A stretch of DNA of 64,000 nt from Takakia lepidozioides (taxonomy: Eukaryota; Plantae; Bryophyta): positions 20,336,001 to 20,400,000 of the forward strand of contig CM060733.1 of NCBI GenBank assembly GCA_030704615.1. Direction: 5' to 3'. The position numbers and the translations under genes were made by a program. The notes under the pieces were generated by a model. The model saw nothing but the letters and a program-made list of their open reading frames with translations. It made no database searches and was not told the DNA's origin. Below are positions 51,991-64,000 of the stretch, in pieces (the first letter of the stretch is position 1; each line of letters opens with the position of its first letter).

Positions 51991-52900
51991 GGCAGTGGAG
52001 GTTCAATAAAATCGGATTACGGGAATGAACATTAACTGAAGGAAAGAACGTCGTGCCACTGAAAGGAGGAGTTGAAGTAGAACTTTTTTGACGGTTTTGA
52101 ATGAGAAAAATAATATGGTTTAAAAAAATATAGTCAATGTTTGGATCTATCCTGATACTGATGAAAGACAATTGGAATTGAAGTGGAGTATAAAGGGCGG
52201 GGTATAGAACAATGTGACTACATCTATCTGAACTGTCAGAAGAAGTCACATATGCCAACCTCCACTGGACAATGGAGGTTAGATGATATCTGTTGATGAA
52301 ATCAACCACATGGATGAACAATAGATAATGAAGAGGCCATCTGTAGATGAGAAATTGATTCTAGGGATAGATGAATAATAATGTGGCGACTGCCGAGTGG
52401 AGGTTTGGGAGTAACTTTAGAAAAAAAAAACAAGTTTAGCTGGTGCACATGGAGAGTTAAAAAAATATATATATCATATTATCCTACATGAGAAATGTGC
52501 AGTTGACACCCGAGACTAAGGAAGTAGAGAGAGACTCAGAGGCTGCTTCAGAAGTACCCTATGGGCAAAGTGGTGCAGGACAGGCAAAGAGGTGCGTGAG
52601 AGAAAAGAAGCAAGTGAGAGGTTCGCAATGGGAAGTTGGTGCTGTGTGGAGTCAGACGTTATATAGAGGTGACAAGTAACTTTCATCTTGAATCGCTTCA
52701 ATGGCAGTGTGGTATGTTTTCTCTCCCGGATCGATTGTGGCCACCGTGGATTGAGGCGGAATCAAATGGCTTATTTAAACTCATGAAATCGTGGCTTCAT
52801 TGAAAGTGTGCACAATTTTCATTTATTGACAGCAACCATTATCACATTAATTATGGAACAACGATAACGGCCGCGATCAGACTGAATTCTATCGTACTTG

Positions 52901-54424
52901 TATTGTTTTTAGGACCCACTGATTATTTCCAGGACGTCCTATTTAATATATGATGTACAAAATTAAATTAGAGCCAATTTATTTATAAGAGATACCTTGT
53001 TCAAATGAATATAAGTAACAACACTGTAAATGTATTTTCGATCAAAATCATATTAGGTATAGACACATTGATAGCCCCAAAATGGATCCGAATATATTAT
53101 TACATAATATTATGTTGTTTTCCAGCATTATCAACAAACTCACTACTAATACACCTCGCAATCTTGAGGTCAAAGAGGTCGTCAATATCGATCTTTGCTT
53201 GCTACATAACTCTGGCAATAATCAAAATCGAATATAATTCAGTTCACCTCATTTCCTCTATTCTTATATCTTTTGGGGAAAATATAAACACCATAGAGCT
53301 TCGCATTTCCGCATATTCATAACACTTGCTTGAGAATGTCTCACATGCATAAAACTTGCCAGATTTTAACATGGATAATAAACAATTGGCAAATTAACAG
53401 TTTATCATGTATTTTATAGGTCACACATATATATGATATACAAATGCCCTCTCAAGAACATCTAAGGACCGGTCCCACGTAAACGGTCATTGTGAAGGAC
53501 CGCAAAAAAACCATCTCTCTGCATGGACCAATTGAAAATGGAGGCCTCTCAAGCAGAGTGTTTGTCGTTTCCTCGTAGCCGCCCGTTGTCAGAAGGCCAT
53601 CGCGATTGGTTGGGGCGGATGGGATGGTTTCATGGAACCAGCCCCAAGCGTTTTGAAGTGCAGATTCCCTCTTGGGATTGCTGACTTGGAGGACCGCTTT
53701 GGAGTGTCCATGGAACCCTGCTCTTACGCTCTATATGGTAGACTTGTCGAACTTATTTGTCTCACTCCTAACTCGACAACTTCAAAGGGTGAGACCACGA
53801 GGCAAGATCATGCAAAGTAGTGAAGCCAAATCTTTATAGACCCCAGACTAGTTTCGCTCAGCGCGTGAGCTCATCAGTGGGAAAGAAAAGGAATGAGATA
53901 CAAACCCCACCCCCCGCTTATATACTACTAGGAGTGAACTGCCTCGAGAATTATAGATGTATTCCTTCTACTTATGATGAAAATATTTTGAGGAAAGTTA
54001 TTTCTCAAAATCACGATATTTTGACAAGGTTGGAGGGACCATTTTCAAATCTGTATTCTTCCGTTGTTCCAAAGGTTTTTGTCAGCAGAAGATGGAAGAA
54101 GTGCCTGAAATGTTGTCTCGAGAATCGTTGATATGGTGATGACCTCACAAAAAATATCCTCCAATATTACTCCAATCAACAATGTCTTGTGCGACCGAAG
54201 TTCAGCTGTACTTCTCGAAGAATTGGTGGTCTTGCAGACTTTCAGTGAATCGCGAAGATGATGAATTACTCGTATGGTGCTACTCTACAAAGAATTTTCT
54301 ATTATTCTACAAATGTGCATTGATGCACCAATCTCATCACTCTAGAGCTGAAGGATTAATTAATAATTACATCATATATTAAATAGGATGTCCTAGAAAT
54401 AATCAGTGGGTCCTAAAAACAATA
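52901..54424. mobile_element. Non-autonomous TIR DNA element (1524 bp) with 57-bp terminal inverted repeats
   Basis: 52901-52957 (TATTGTTTTTAGGACCCACTGATTATTTCCAGGACGTCCTATTTAATATATGATGTA) is the reverse complement of 54368-54424 with 2 mismatches. Both outer ends are TA. Confidence 0.88.
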
Positions 54425-56815
54425 ATTAAAATAAAAAACCAACAATTGAGTCATGGGGTTCTTAAAATAATTGTGTATTGACCCCTAGGCGCCCGCGTGG
54501 CCCGAACGGGCCTCCAGCCATGTTATCTACACTGGATTTCTATCGAATTGAAGTAGTAGTCGGAACTTCCAAAAGGGGTGTAGTTGTAATGTGGAACATC
54601 TGGGCCGTTGCGGAGCCAACTCTCTCGTTGGATTCCCCAATGGCCATTTCTTTTTCAGTTGTAGGATCAAATTATCAAAGGATTAACTCCACATCAGCAG
54701 TATCCAATTCTTAATTAGTACTTACCAGTATTGTACTGGTATCATTTTTAAAAAAAATCAGGCTGGTACTGGTATACAGGTTGTGTAGTAAATTGAAGAC
54801 CAGCCATATGATAATCCTGGTTTCTATTTTTATTTTTATTTTTGACTTAAAGGGCAGGTAGCCCTTGAGAGTTTTATTAATGATTATTGAAGGGAAAATA
54901 ATTAAAATCCTTACATGCCCGAAGGCGGGCATAAGGCAAATATTCACGGAGACCGTGACGAATGATCCGAGGAGCAATAGCTTGGGTAAATTCATCGTTC
55001 TGTTGGAAACTCAACGTTTTTTTAAATAGTGAAGAGACAGCACGAATTGTTGCCACAATGGTGGCAGAAAAGAAGCATGTCCGAACAACCGAAAGTCAAC
55101 AAATTAGATCAATTTGAAATTAAGAGGGAGGGTATCAAACTAAGGAAAGAAGAGATGTAGACCGAGGGCCAGAATGTCAATGACGAAGAGAGCATGGACT
55201 GCCTATCTATGAAAGTGGACCTTGGATTTTGCTCCACTCTTGATGTGCTTCCAATTAATGTCGGATCTGTCGAATTCTGGGAACGCCGAAGAGGAGGGCC
55301 CAATGGTGCTACCACAACGGTGGGATTCGTTCGGGCCAGAGACAGGAGTTAGCCTCAACACAACTCCATATGAGGGCTTGCTTCCCCCATGTTGCCCTAA
55401 AAGGTGTCAAGGAGGGACTGCTGACGATCTGGCGACATTCTTTTCATTCATGCGACGCAATACCACCCAAGCTTTCTTGGCAGCAATTGTAAGATCAAAG
55501 AACATCAAAGTCATCTTGGTATTAAATTAAGACCATTTTTCAAATATTGGTTTGGTATGAATAAAAGTGAGTTGGGAGAATTTGGAGTCTAGTATGAGTA
55601 TATAAGTATTTGTTTTGGTGATACCAGTTGTGCATATATACGGGTCTGGTATCATGCATGACATTTCAATAAAATGCAGCAAAATGAACTCCGGTAGGGA
55701 AGATATTGGGTAAACCTCTCCTCCCACTGGAAAGAAAAATTCAGAACATTTTGTCAGCTAAAATTTGTCTACATTGTCAATTTAATCTGCATCTGAATCA
55801 AAATATCCAGCATCTTGCAATTCATCTTCATGTTCTTGACCAAATCAGCTTCTGTAGAATAGAATAAAATAAAATAAATAGTTTTAGCGTAATTAATGCC
55901 ACAAATATGAGTTGTGCAGTAAAATTATCAACACCAAGCCAAAGATATTGATGAATGTGAAAAATTGAATCAAAATGTTTGATTTAAATCAACCATCAAA
56001 TAATATCAAAATCAAATCAGCACACCAAATTCATGGCATTGAAGACACAACATTCACAATGTGTCCAACTCCATCCACTAATTACTACCATTACTATGGT
56101 AGCCTCTGGCAACAATGGGGGGAATACTGGTCTAACCCCAATAACGACATCAATGAAGACCAGACAGGTCTGGTAGAATATACTAAAAATTATTGGGGGC
56201 AACCTGTTCAACACCCTAGTATTTCCTAAATGTATATCAGGCTGGTCTGGTTTCGTATACCAATGCACATACCAGTGCATATACTAGGCACTGCCCTATA
56301 TACAGGTACAAGATTGGTACTTACTCACAAAATTATGAGGTTAATATGGGAATTCTGTCCAGGAATCCCCAAGTACAGTACAAAGGAGACCAACCCTGAA
56401 ATGGAATATTGTTGTTGGCATAAAGCATCTGTCTATTTGTGAGATGCATCCAATTGTTTGTCATGGGAATACATGAGGACAAAGTTCGGTCCCACTTGAA
56501 GAATAATTTTGAGAGGAGCATTTTTGCCTTGGATAATAAAATTATCCTTAAAGCCATCCGAGTTTGGCCGGCACCATTGGATCTCTATATCAATGAATGA
56601 AAACGGAAAGTTAGACAAACTGGGCTTATCAATTGGGTGAAGGAGGAGTGTATTTCCCTCTTGCCTCAACATATCATTCCCTCACTAGGAATGAGGTCAA
56701 TATTGGAGTAATGGTGGTGGAAAACTAAAGGCGAAAGATTGCATTGGTTGATATTGAACTATCTCGAGCTTGATTTTCTTGTTGGTAGAATAAAATATGC
56801 AGATGTAGGTTTTGA

Positions 56816-59381
56816 ATGGAGGATCTGTGGTGGAAGCACAACAAAGACATATTTACAATGTTAACAACCAGCATTGGAGTGCTCCTTCTTTTGGGCCTAA
56901 CAATTACAATTTGGCAGCGGCTGACAAATGGGCGAAAACTAAAGTTTCCACCGGGGCCTTTCGCATGGCCTATTGTGGGCTCCCTCTCATCCATCGGGGG
57001 TCTTCCGCACCATACCTTGGCACACCTTGCCAAAAAGTATGGAGACATCATCTTCTTGAGGCTAGGAACTAGACCTGTTGTTGTTTTATCAAGCTATAAT
57101 ACGGCCAGGGAGTTATATCAACAAAGTGATTTGGTATGTGCCCAGCGACCCTACGATAGGTTGTTCTACACAGTCTGGAAATATTTTTCCTATGAGGGCG
57201 CAGATTTTGGAAATACTCCCTATAATGCGAAAACGAGACTTCTACGCCAAATCTGTATTTCTGAGCTTTTCACCACCAATAAGTTGCATGCATCTTTTAG
57301 CATTAGAAATGAAGAGCTTATGAAAATGCTAAGTTCTATCTATAATAAGCTACAACGAGGAGAGCTGCTTGAGATGAGGCCCATTCTGAGTGAGTTCAAC
57401 ATGAATATCGTCTCCCGTATGCTATTTGGGAAGGTATTCCTAAATTCTGCAGACATTCGGATGGGTGAGTTGGAGTCAAAGAGCTTCCGAATGTTGGTAA
57501 ACGAAGTATTTCAGCTCCTTGGTTCCTTCAACATTTCAGACTTGATCCCTGCGATTAGGATTGGACCTGCAAAGCGTTGAACGTCGATGGAGGAAAGTAA
57601 CGGTTCAGATGGAGAAGCTATACGAAACGATTTTTAAATGGTACCGAACTGAAAGAAAGAGTGACCTCTAAGCAGGCCAAAAACTGAAGAACGAAGCGAT
57701 TTTGTTGAAGTCCTATTGTCAATGGCTAAGGAGCAAAATATTACAGACAACAATATCAAAGGCACTATTTCGGTACTTAAATTGGTTTTTGTTGTGAAAA
57801 GAAATTGACCATATTTATATTGCTCTTGTTACCTGGTCTATGCAGCTTGGGTCTCACATGTGCTCAAAACACTTGTCATAGAAGCAAGTAGGAACATTAA
57901 ATTGCAATGTGTTGCTTTATCCGAAGGGCGACGTGTACTAGTAATCTGTAAATTGGTAGATTTCAACAAGAGCTTGTATTGCAGGCAGTCTTAATTGAAG
58001 CTATATAGATAGGGAATATATACAGATGGTGAATACAAACTTTAGATGCTTAGAGTATTAAAAGATGTCCAAATGTCCAAACCCTTGTTGTTATGGATTG
58101 GTTGACTAGTGCTCAGTTTTTCCCACATAAAGAAATCGGGATTTTGAAGATACATATGAGCAAGCTTGTGTCCTGCACGAAGTCTTGCATGCAATTCACT
58201 CCAGGAAGAAACCGATGGTCAACTACTGACACCAAATGAACCTTTGCAAGATTTGCTTTTTGCCGGTACGGAAACTACTGTGACATCTATAGAGTGGACT
58301 CTATTGGAGCTACTTCGACAACCTCATTTTTTGCAAAGACTCTAGGATGAGGTTGATAGTGTTGTTGGAAGCGATCGTCGTGTGGAAGAATCGGACACTA
58401 CGCAAATGCCTTTCTTGGAGGTAAATTGTTATATTATCTCTTACCAAATAATGTTATTGAATTTTCAAGAAGACGGATAGATAGCTAGAGATTTCCGTGA
58501 TGTCGAAACTTCATTTACTAACCCAAAATCATCTGAAAATCAGGTCTCATCCTCATGTAAAACCCTCTCTCAACCTACAATCGACATCGTTGGATGTGAT
58601 TTAAACATGGACCTGATTGATGGTCGTCAAACATATCTCTTTCATATTTTATTAGGAGTATATAAAATTGGACTCTCCTGAAGCGCTTCTCATGAACTTC
58701 TAATCGTGGTCAACCGTACTCGCTCTATTTTTGGATGACTAACAACCATGTACTGTCTTGGCCACCAAAAGAGAAATTTCAAAATGGAAGCCAAGCTCAG
58801 CTTAAGGAGGAAGTAAGCACACTCCATTTGGATTTCATGTAATCCACACATGTGCATGGAATTTTCATATGTGCATGCATGGAATTTTCATAACACGAGT
58901 AAGTTAATTGCAGGCAGTCTGCAAAGAATCTTTACGTTTTCGTCCACCTACTATCCTTTGCGTTCCACACATGAATGAGGGCGCTACAAAATTGGCGGGG
59001 TATGACATTCTTCCACACATCACTGTCTTTATAAACATTTGGGCAATCCAGTGTGATCCAACATGCTGGTCAAACCCTTCAAATTTTGACCCTGTAAGAT
59101 TTCTGAACTCTAAGATGAATGTGCTTGGCAATGACTACGAGCTCATTCCATTTGGTGCTGGCCGGCGTATATGTCCAGGCAAGACTTTGGCACTTCGTTT
59201 ACTACAATACACATTGGCTTCATTGGTACATGCACTTGATTTCTCGCCACCGCCAGGAAAGACCTCCCAAGACCTTGATGCCAGCGAAGTGACCGATTTC
59301 GTGAGCCGTCCGGCAACACCATTGGTTGTTGATGCGACTCCTCGTCTACATACATCACACATGTACTTTCCACAAAAATGA
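56816..59381 (+). pseudogene. Cytochrome P450 (CYP71 clan) pseudogene, 3 exons
   Basis: N-terminal anchor, FPPGPFAWPIVG, AGTETT (I-helix), KESLR (ExxR), FDPVRF and PFGAGRRICPG (heme). Lesions: frameshift at ~57560, TAA at ~57669, altered acceptor at ~58249, TAG at ~58343. Confidence 0.9.
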
Positions 59382-59621
59382 ACATCGTGACCACGCTTCA
59401 GCTCCTTGCACTAAACACTGATACAAAGTTGTTGCTGGTCCTTATTGATTTGCTCTAATCCAATTGACAAGCAACTAAATATTGAAGTCTCTTCCCGCTT
59501 AATTAGCTCTTGGGTTTGGTGCTCTCCAGTTATGTACAATCATCTTAGTTTTTTATATTGCATGGCCAGTGAAAGCATGTATATGTGGATTCTTGAAGCG
59601 ACATGATAAAGAGTACGTAGT

Positions 59622-60428
59622 TGATAACGGCTAAGTGCCAGTGCCACGAGGGTAGGGCAACTTGGGCCACGACGGGATAATGTCGGGTAACACGATTGAC
59701 TTCACACTACCCGGCCACGAGGCAGAAATGGCTAAGCGCTCGGCCCTTAGCAGTAGCAGAGGACGGGCCACATGACTACCACGTGGAGCAGTAGTGGGTA
59801 GTATAGCAGCCGTGGGCCGTGAACCATGATATCACACGCTGTGAACGGCTCTTTCAAGCATAGTATTAAAGGACTACATGTAGCTTAGGAATCATCAGTG
59901 TATCAAGGTGTGATCAGAAAGGGATCAGAGCGATCCAATGTGTACTTATGCTATGATGTGGTGACTCTAAAGTAAAGCAATGCTTTTCCAAGTACTTATG
60001 TGTAGAGTGACTGTGAGATGCAGAGATTGTGTATTAAGAGAGAACGTGAGATGGTGAGAATGTGTATCATCTCTGAATAGATCTTGTCTGCAATCACACA
60101 TAGTATATTGCATTATTGTATGCTTAGACAGAACTTAGTCACAGCTGTAGCAATACAGCTTCACCTAAAGTCCCTAGTATTACCGATTAATTATAGGAAA
60201 CCGATTAGGATCAGTCGATGGACTTATGCAGTAATAGGGATGTTGATTCACGGAACACGAGTGTTCCACGACCGTAATCGTATTCGATATCGATACATGG
60301 CCGTAATCGTAATCGTCCTGCAAACATACCCTCGGAGAACCCTGATAAGTGCCTTGGGAAATGGGATGCACTGTCGAAAGCCCATTTCGTCTAAGTCACG
60401 AACCAGCGGTTAACATTTGGCGACCATA
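59622..60428 (+). mobile_element. LTR (~794 bp) followed by a primer-binding-site-like sequence; remnant of an LTR retrotransposon, probably Ty3/gypsy
   Basis: Termini TGATAAC (59622) ... GTTAACA (60415), then TT-TGGCGACC (PBS-like). No recognisable gag follows. Confidence 0.55.
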
Positions 60429-61097
60429 TAGAGGACTAATGGTATGTTGAGTTCCAGTGAACTCAAGGAATGATGGCTAGTCAGTGATTTCTTGAAATCA
60501 CGAGAGAACGAGTCAGAGGGAGCAAAGGAATGGAAAACATTACTGGAAAAGTTTCAGGGTTTATCAGTAGCAATACAACTTAAGATCTTTCTTTCAATTG
60601 CAAAAGAAGATGATAAATGGGGATTGAAGGGAGGCGTAATCAATATTACAAAAGCACCATGGGAAAGTAGTAGCGTAAGTGAGATTTGGCTTTCTCGTTT
60701 AGCTTTATTGAATACTCTGTTATCAATCAGAAAAGTATGTTACACTAGTTATGTCTTTAAAGAAGGCTGTTCAAATTATGAATATTGTCATACGATCATA
60801 GAAGAAGTAGCCTTACTGGATACCCAAAGACTTAACACAATTTTAAGTAAATCTGGACTAAAGTTTGGTCCAGAAATAAGGAGAAATATCTGGATATGTA
60901 TTTTTTAAATCATTCAAATGAATATCATTTTAAATATAAATATAAAGATATAAATAATTGTTTGTCTATTAATATATAATATGAGCAATAAAGAAACATT
61001 ATGTATAAATTTCAGGAGAAAAAACAGTTTTTATTTGGCTCATAAAGCAAGTTCCACTGTTCACTCGACGTTTAGTAAGAGTTGAATGAGATACCAA

Positions 61098-61315
61098 CAG
61101 TCAGTAGCTCAGTTGGTGAAGTGCACTGAGTGCCACCCAGATGATTATGGGGTCAAATCTTGCTACTAACGAGTGTGGTATGTTCCTGGGTGGTGTCCCA
61201 TTCCAACGCCACATGGCGGGGTTACTGTGAAAGAGGTTATACTATTAAGGGGGCCTGATTTGTGAGCTGTCGCTCCCAGGTGTTTCCATTACATTAAAAA
61301 ATAAATTAAAAAAAC
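61098..61315 (+). mobile_element. tRNA-derived SINE
   Basis: A-box TAGCTCAGTTGG (61106), B-box-like GGGTCAAATC (~61150) and an A-rich tail at 61296-61315. The 3' body (TTAAGGGGGCCTGATTTGTGAGC; GAAAGAGGTTAT) recurs in reverse orientation at ~44690-44730 and ~44925-44973. Confidence 0.6.
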
Positions 61316-61609
61316 GAGTGTCGGGTGATAATTCGTTTCATGATCCGCGGCCTGATGGATGATTGGAGCACCAATCATATTTGTAACGGCGACTGAGCTT
61401 GTGAAGGCTGTTACTATGTAACGTACAAGACAAATCAATCAAATATGTGAGCAAAACATGGCACAATGACACAATACCATGAAATGAAATGAAAGACAAT
61501 GGGGAGACATTGATGATAAACAACCAGGTTTTATTTCAAAACCATGTCAATTTGAGTAAGTCTCGCCCCATGTGGCATGGACCAATACAAGTAACGTAAA
61601 CCATGTCAA

Positions 61610-64000
61610 TGAGAGTATCAAGGAGGGTTGAACTCCGTTAACACAAGACGATGTCGGCCGATGTGTGAAAACATCTATTCTATCCAGAGTCAATCACACA
61701 CATAATCGTGTAAAATATAGAACTAGATTAAATAGATCTTACATCAAGAGAGAAAGCGTTCACAAGAGATATATGCACTCTCTGTGTCTCGGCTGAGTCT
61801 GGTGGTTCTACATCTACTCAACTATTGAGCTCTGTACCGTTCCACACTCCTTGGTGACTTCAACCACCTAACCACTTTAGATGTAAGACTTGGATGTAAC
61901 TGCACATCCTTAATCTATAATCTAGTACATCCTACACTATACACTAACAGAGAATTATAGATGTATTTCTTCACTCCCACTAATACTCTGGCAGTATATA
62001 CGTAGTGTCTTTCATCTTGTCTGAATCTTGCTTTGGCTTCTTGTTCCACTTCAATCCAGCCCCTCTCGCACAAAGAAAGTGTTTCTCCTTCGGAACGCTC
62101 TTCGTCAAGAAATCAGCAATCATTTCAGATGTTGGAAGATACTCCAGTGTCACTTCCTTCGACTGGACCTTTTCTCGTATGTAGTGATACTGGATGTCAA
62201 TATGCTTACTACGAGCATGAAACTTAGGATTTGCAGATAGCGCTATTGCACTTTGATTATGTGCATAAATTATAGTAGCCTTCTTCTGAACAAATCCCAA
62301 GTCTATCATCAGACTCCTGAGCCACACTGCCTCTGCTGCAGCCTTTGATAAAGCCATGTATTCGAATTCAGTACTTGACAAAGCCACGGACGTCTGCTTT
62401 TTGCTTGACCAGCTTACTGCACCACTGCTAGCTTGAAGCAAAAACCCGATGTTGAACGTCGAGTGTCTATGTCTCCAGCCCAATCCGCGTCTGAAAAACC
62501 TATTAGGGTTGCTCTTTTGTCCGATTTACAATACTGAATTCCAATGTGAAGAGTGCATTATATGTACCTCATCACCCTCTTTGCTGCTTGCCAATGAGGC
62601 TCTACGGGGTTCGATAAAAATTGAGCAAGACTACCCACTGCAAATGAGCAATCAAGTCGGGTGTTGACAACAGCATGCATCAAACAACCGACTGCTTGTG
62701 AATAAGGCACTTCTTTGCATCAAAGCTTTTCCATATTCAGTTTCTGGGCAATCTGACTTTGTTAGCTTCTCCCTGGTCTCCATTGGGGTGCTAAGAACTC
62801 CAAGCAAATACCTTTCTTGCAACAATCTGATCCATCCTTCTCCCCTGTTTCTTGAAATCTGCATCCCAAGGCAGTAGTGAATCTCCCCCATATCCATCAT
62901 TTCAAATTCAGATTCGAGGAGCTTCTTGATCTCTTGCAAGAAATTTACATCATTGCTAGCCCTCAACATATAATGCCAGAATAAGGTAACTCGTGTTCTT
63001 CCGCTGCACGTAGACGTTCGAATCAGCTACGCTTTGATCAAACCCTATTGTCATCAAATAGATGTCAAATCTTTGGTACCATGCCCGTGATGATTGCTTG
63101 AGCCCGTAAAGTGATTTGTTCAGCTTACAAGCTAAACCAGATTTGCTCTCTTGTATGACTCCTTCTGGGAACTCCATATAAATGTCTTCTTCTATGAAGC
63201 CATTCAAGAAGGCAGTCTTAACATCAAGTTGTTGAACTTCCAAATCAAACTGAGCCGCAAGCGCAAATATCACTCGTATAGATGCTAATTTGACTACTGG
63301 TGAAAAGGTCTCTGTATAATCTAGTCTAGATATCTGTGAGTATCCTTTTGCTACCAATCTTGCTTTATAGCGATCCACATCTGCCCGAAGTTTTACTTTG
63401 AACAGCCATTTACAACCTATAGGTTTTCTATTCTCTGGTAGCTTCATGACTATCCATGTTTTGTTTCTTCTTAAAGATTCCAGCTCAGAATCTATAGCAT
63501 TCTTCCATTGTTCCGTTTCGGAACAGGATAAAGCCTCCTTCAAGGTAACAAGTTCGTTTACAGAAGCTTGTGTCAAAAGTGCTCTCCAGGGTTTCCTACC
63601 TTCTATACTCTCAATCAACCTATCAGGTGGTTTCTTGATTCTAGTAGATCGTCTATTTCCTGGTGAGCTTGATGTCTCTCTCCTAGCCTGTCTTGAATCC
63701 CTCCCTGCGGTGGGTGAGGTATTTTCTCTCATTATATCCTCTATGTCATCATAAGGCTGATAAATTGAACCTGTGCTCAATGGTGATGGTAGTGCTCCCA
63801 CTACTTGACTTGGCCTAGGAAACTGAGAGGGTATTTGAGAAGGTTGCACACTTGGACTTGTGTGAGTGTTTTGTGGTACTATGTGAGTGCGAGGAAATGG
63901 TAAATTATTAGTGTTTGCATACTGCTTAAAGAAAGATCGATCTAATAGCATTGAATATTTGTCTGCTTGTGTTCCTTCTTCTATAGCATCTCCCACTGTG
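61610..64000 (-). mobile_element. Degenerate Ty1/copia LTR retrotransposon (RT, RNase H, PPT, 3' LTR); continues beyond the window
   Basis: KPIGCKWLFKVK, YKARLVAKGYSQ, QLDVKTAFLNG, LNKSLYGLKQ, disrupted YVDD, RNase H SWSSKKQTSVALSSTEFEY and KHIDIQYHYIRE. PPT AAGTGGGAG is followed by the LTR start TGAAG at 61973. The LTR end is approximate. Confidence 0.95.

Noticed and set aside
54470-56720. Protein-coding gene or identifiable transposase in the short ORFs here
   Set aside because: No recognisable motifs or consistent exon structure. It is probably decayed repeat DNA that I cannot classify.
61098-61170. Functional tRNA gene
   Set aside because: A and B boxes are present, but there is no convincing cloverleaf or acceptor stem, and it runs into a repeated body with an A-rich tail, so it is a SINE.

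Overview
This window is eukaryotic nuclear DNA from a land plant, with GT-AG introns throughout; a non-seed plant (bryophyte, lycophyte or fern) is my inference from gene and TE content. A gene-rich core at about 11-44.6 kb holds six genes: TDP1-beta (FHA + HIRAN + tyrosyl-DNA phosphodiesterase), ribosomal protein L3, a PLS-DYW PPR RNA-editing factor, a mitochondrial OXA2/ALB3-like insertase, a small plastid single-TM protein and an acid triacylglycerol lipase. The left flank (1-10.3 kb) holds a decayed intron-containing gene whose spliced product has the motif order of a prokaryote-type beta-class N4C/N6A DNA methyltransferase. Upstream of its MTase domain lies an array of 12 imperfect 24-bp palindromes. 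A CRE/R2-like retroposon and an L1/Tx1 LINE follow, joined head-to-head. The right flank (45-64 kb) holds a telomere-motif-rich ~203-bp tandem repeat, a Sola-like DDE transposase whose catalytic core is internally inverted, a 1.5-kb TIR element, a CYP71-clan P450 pseudogene, an LTR with PBS, a tRNA-derived SINE and a decayed Ty1/copia element. The most novel candidate is the apparently transposon-borne amino-methyltransferase with its palindrome array. All homology calls come from motif recognition only; no searches were run.
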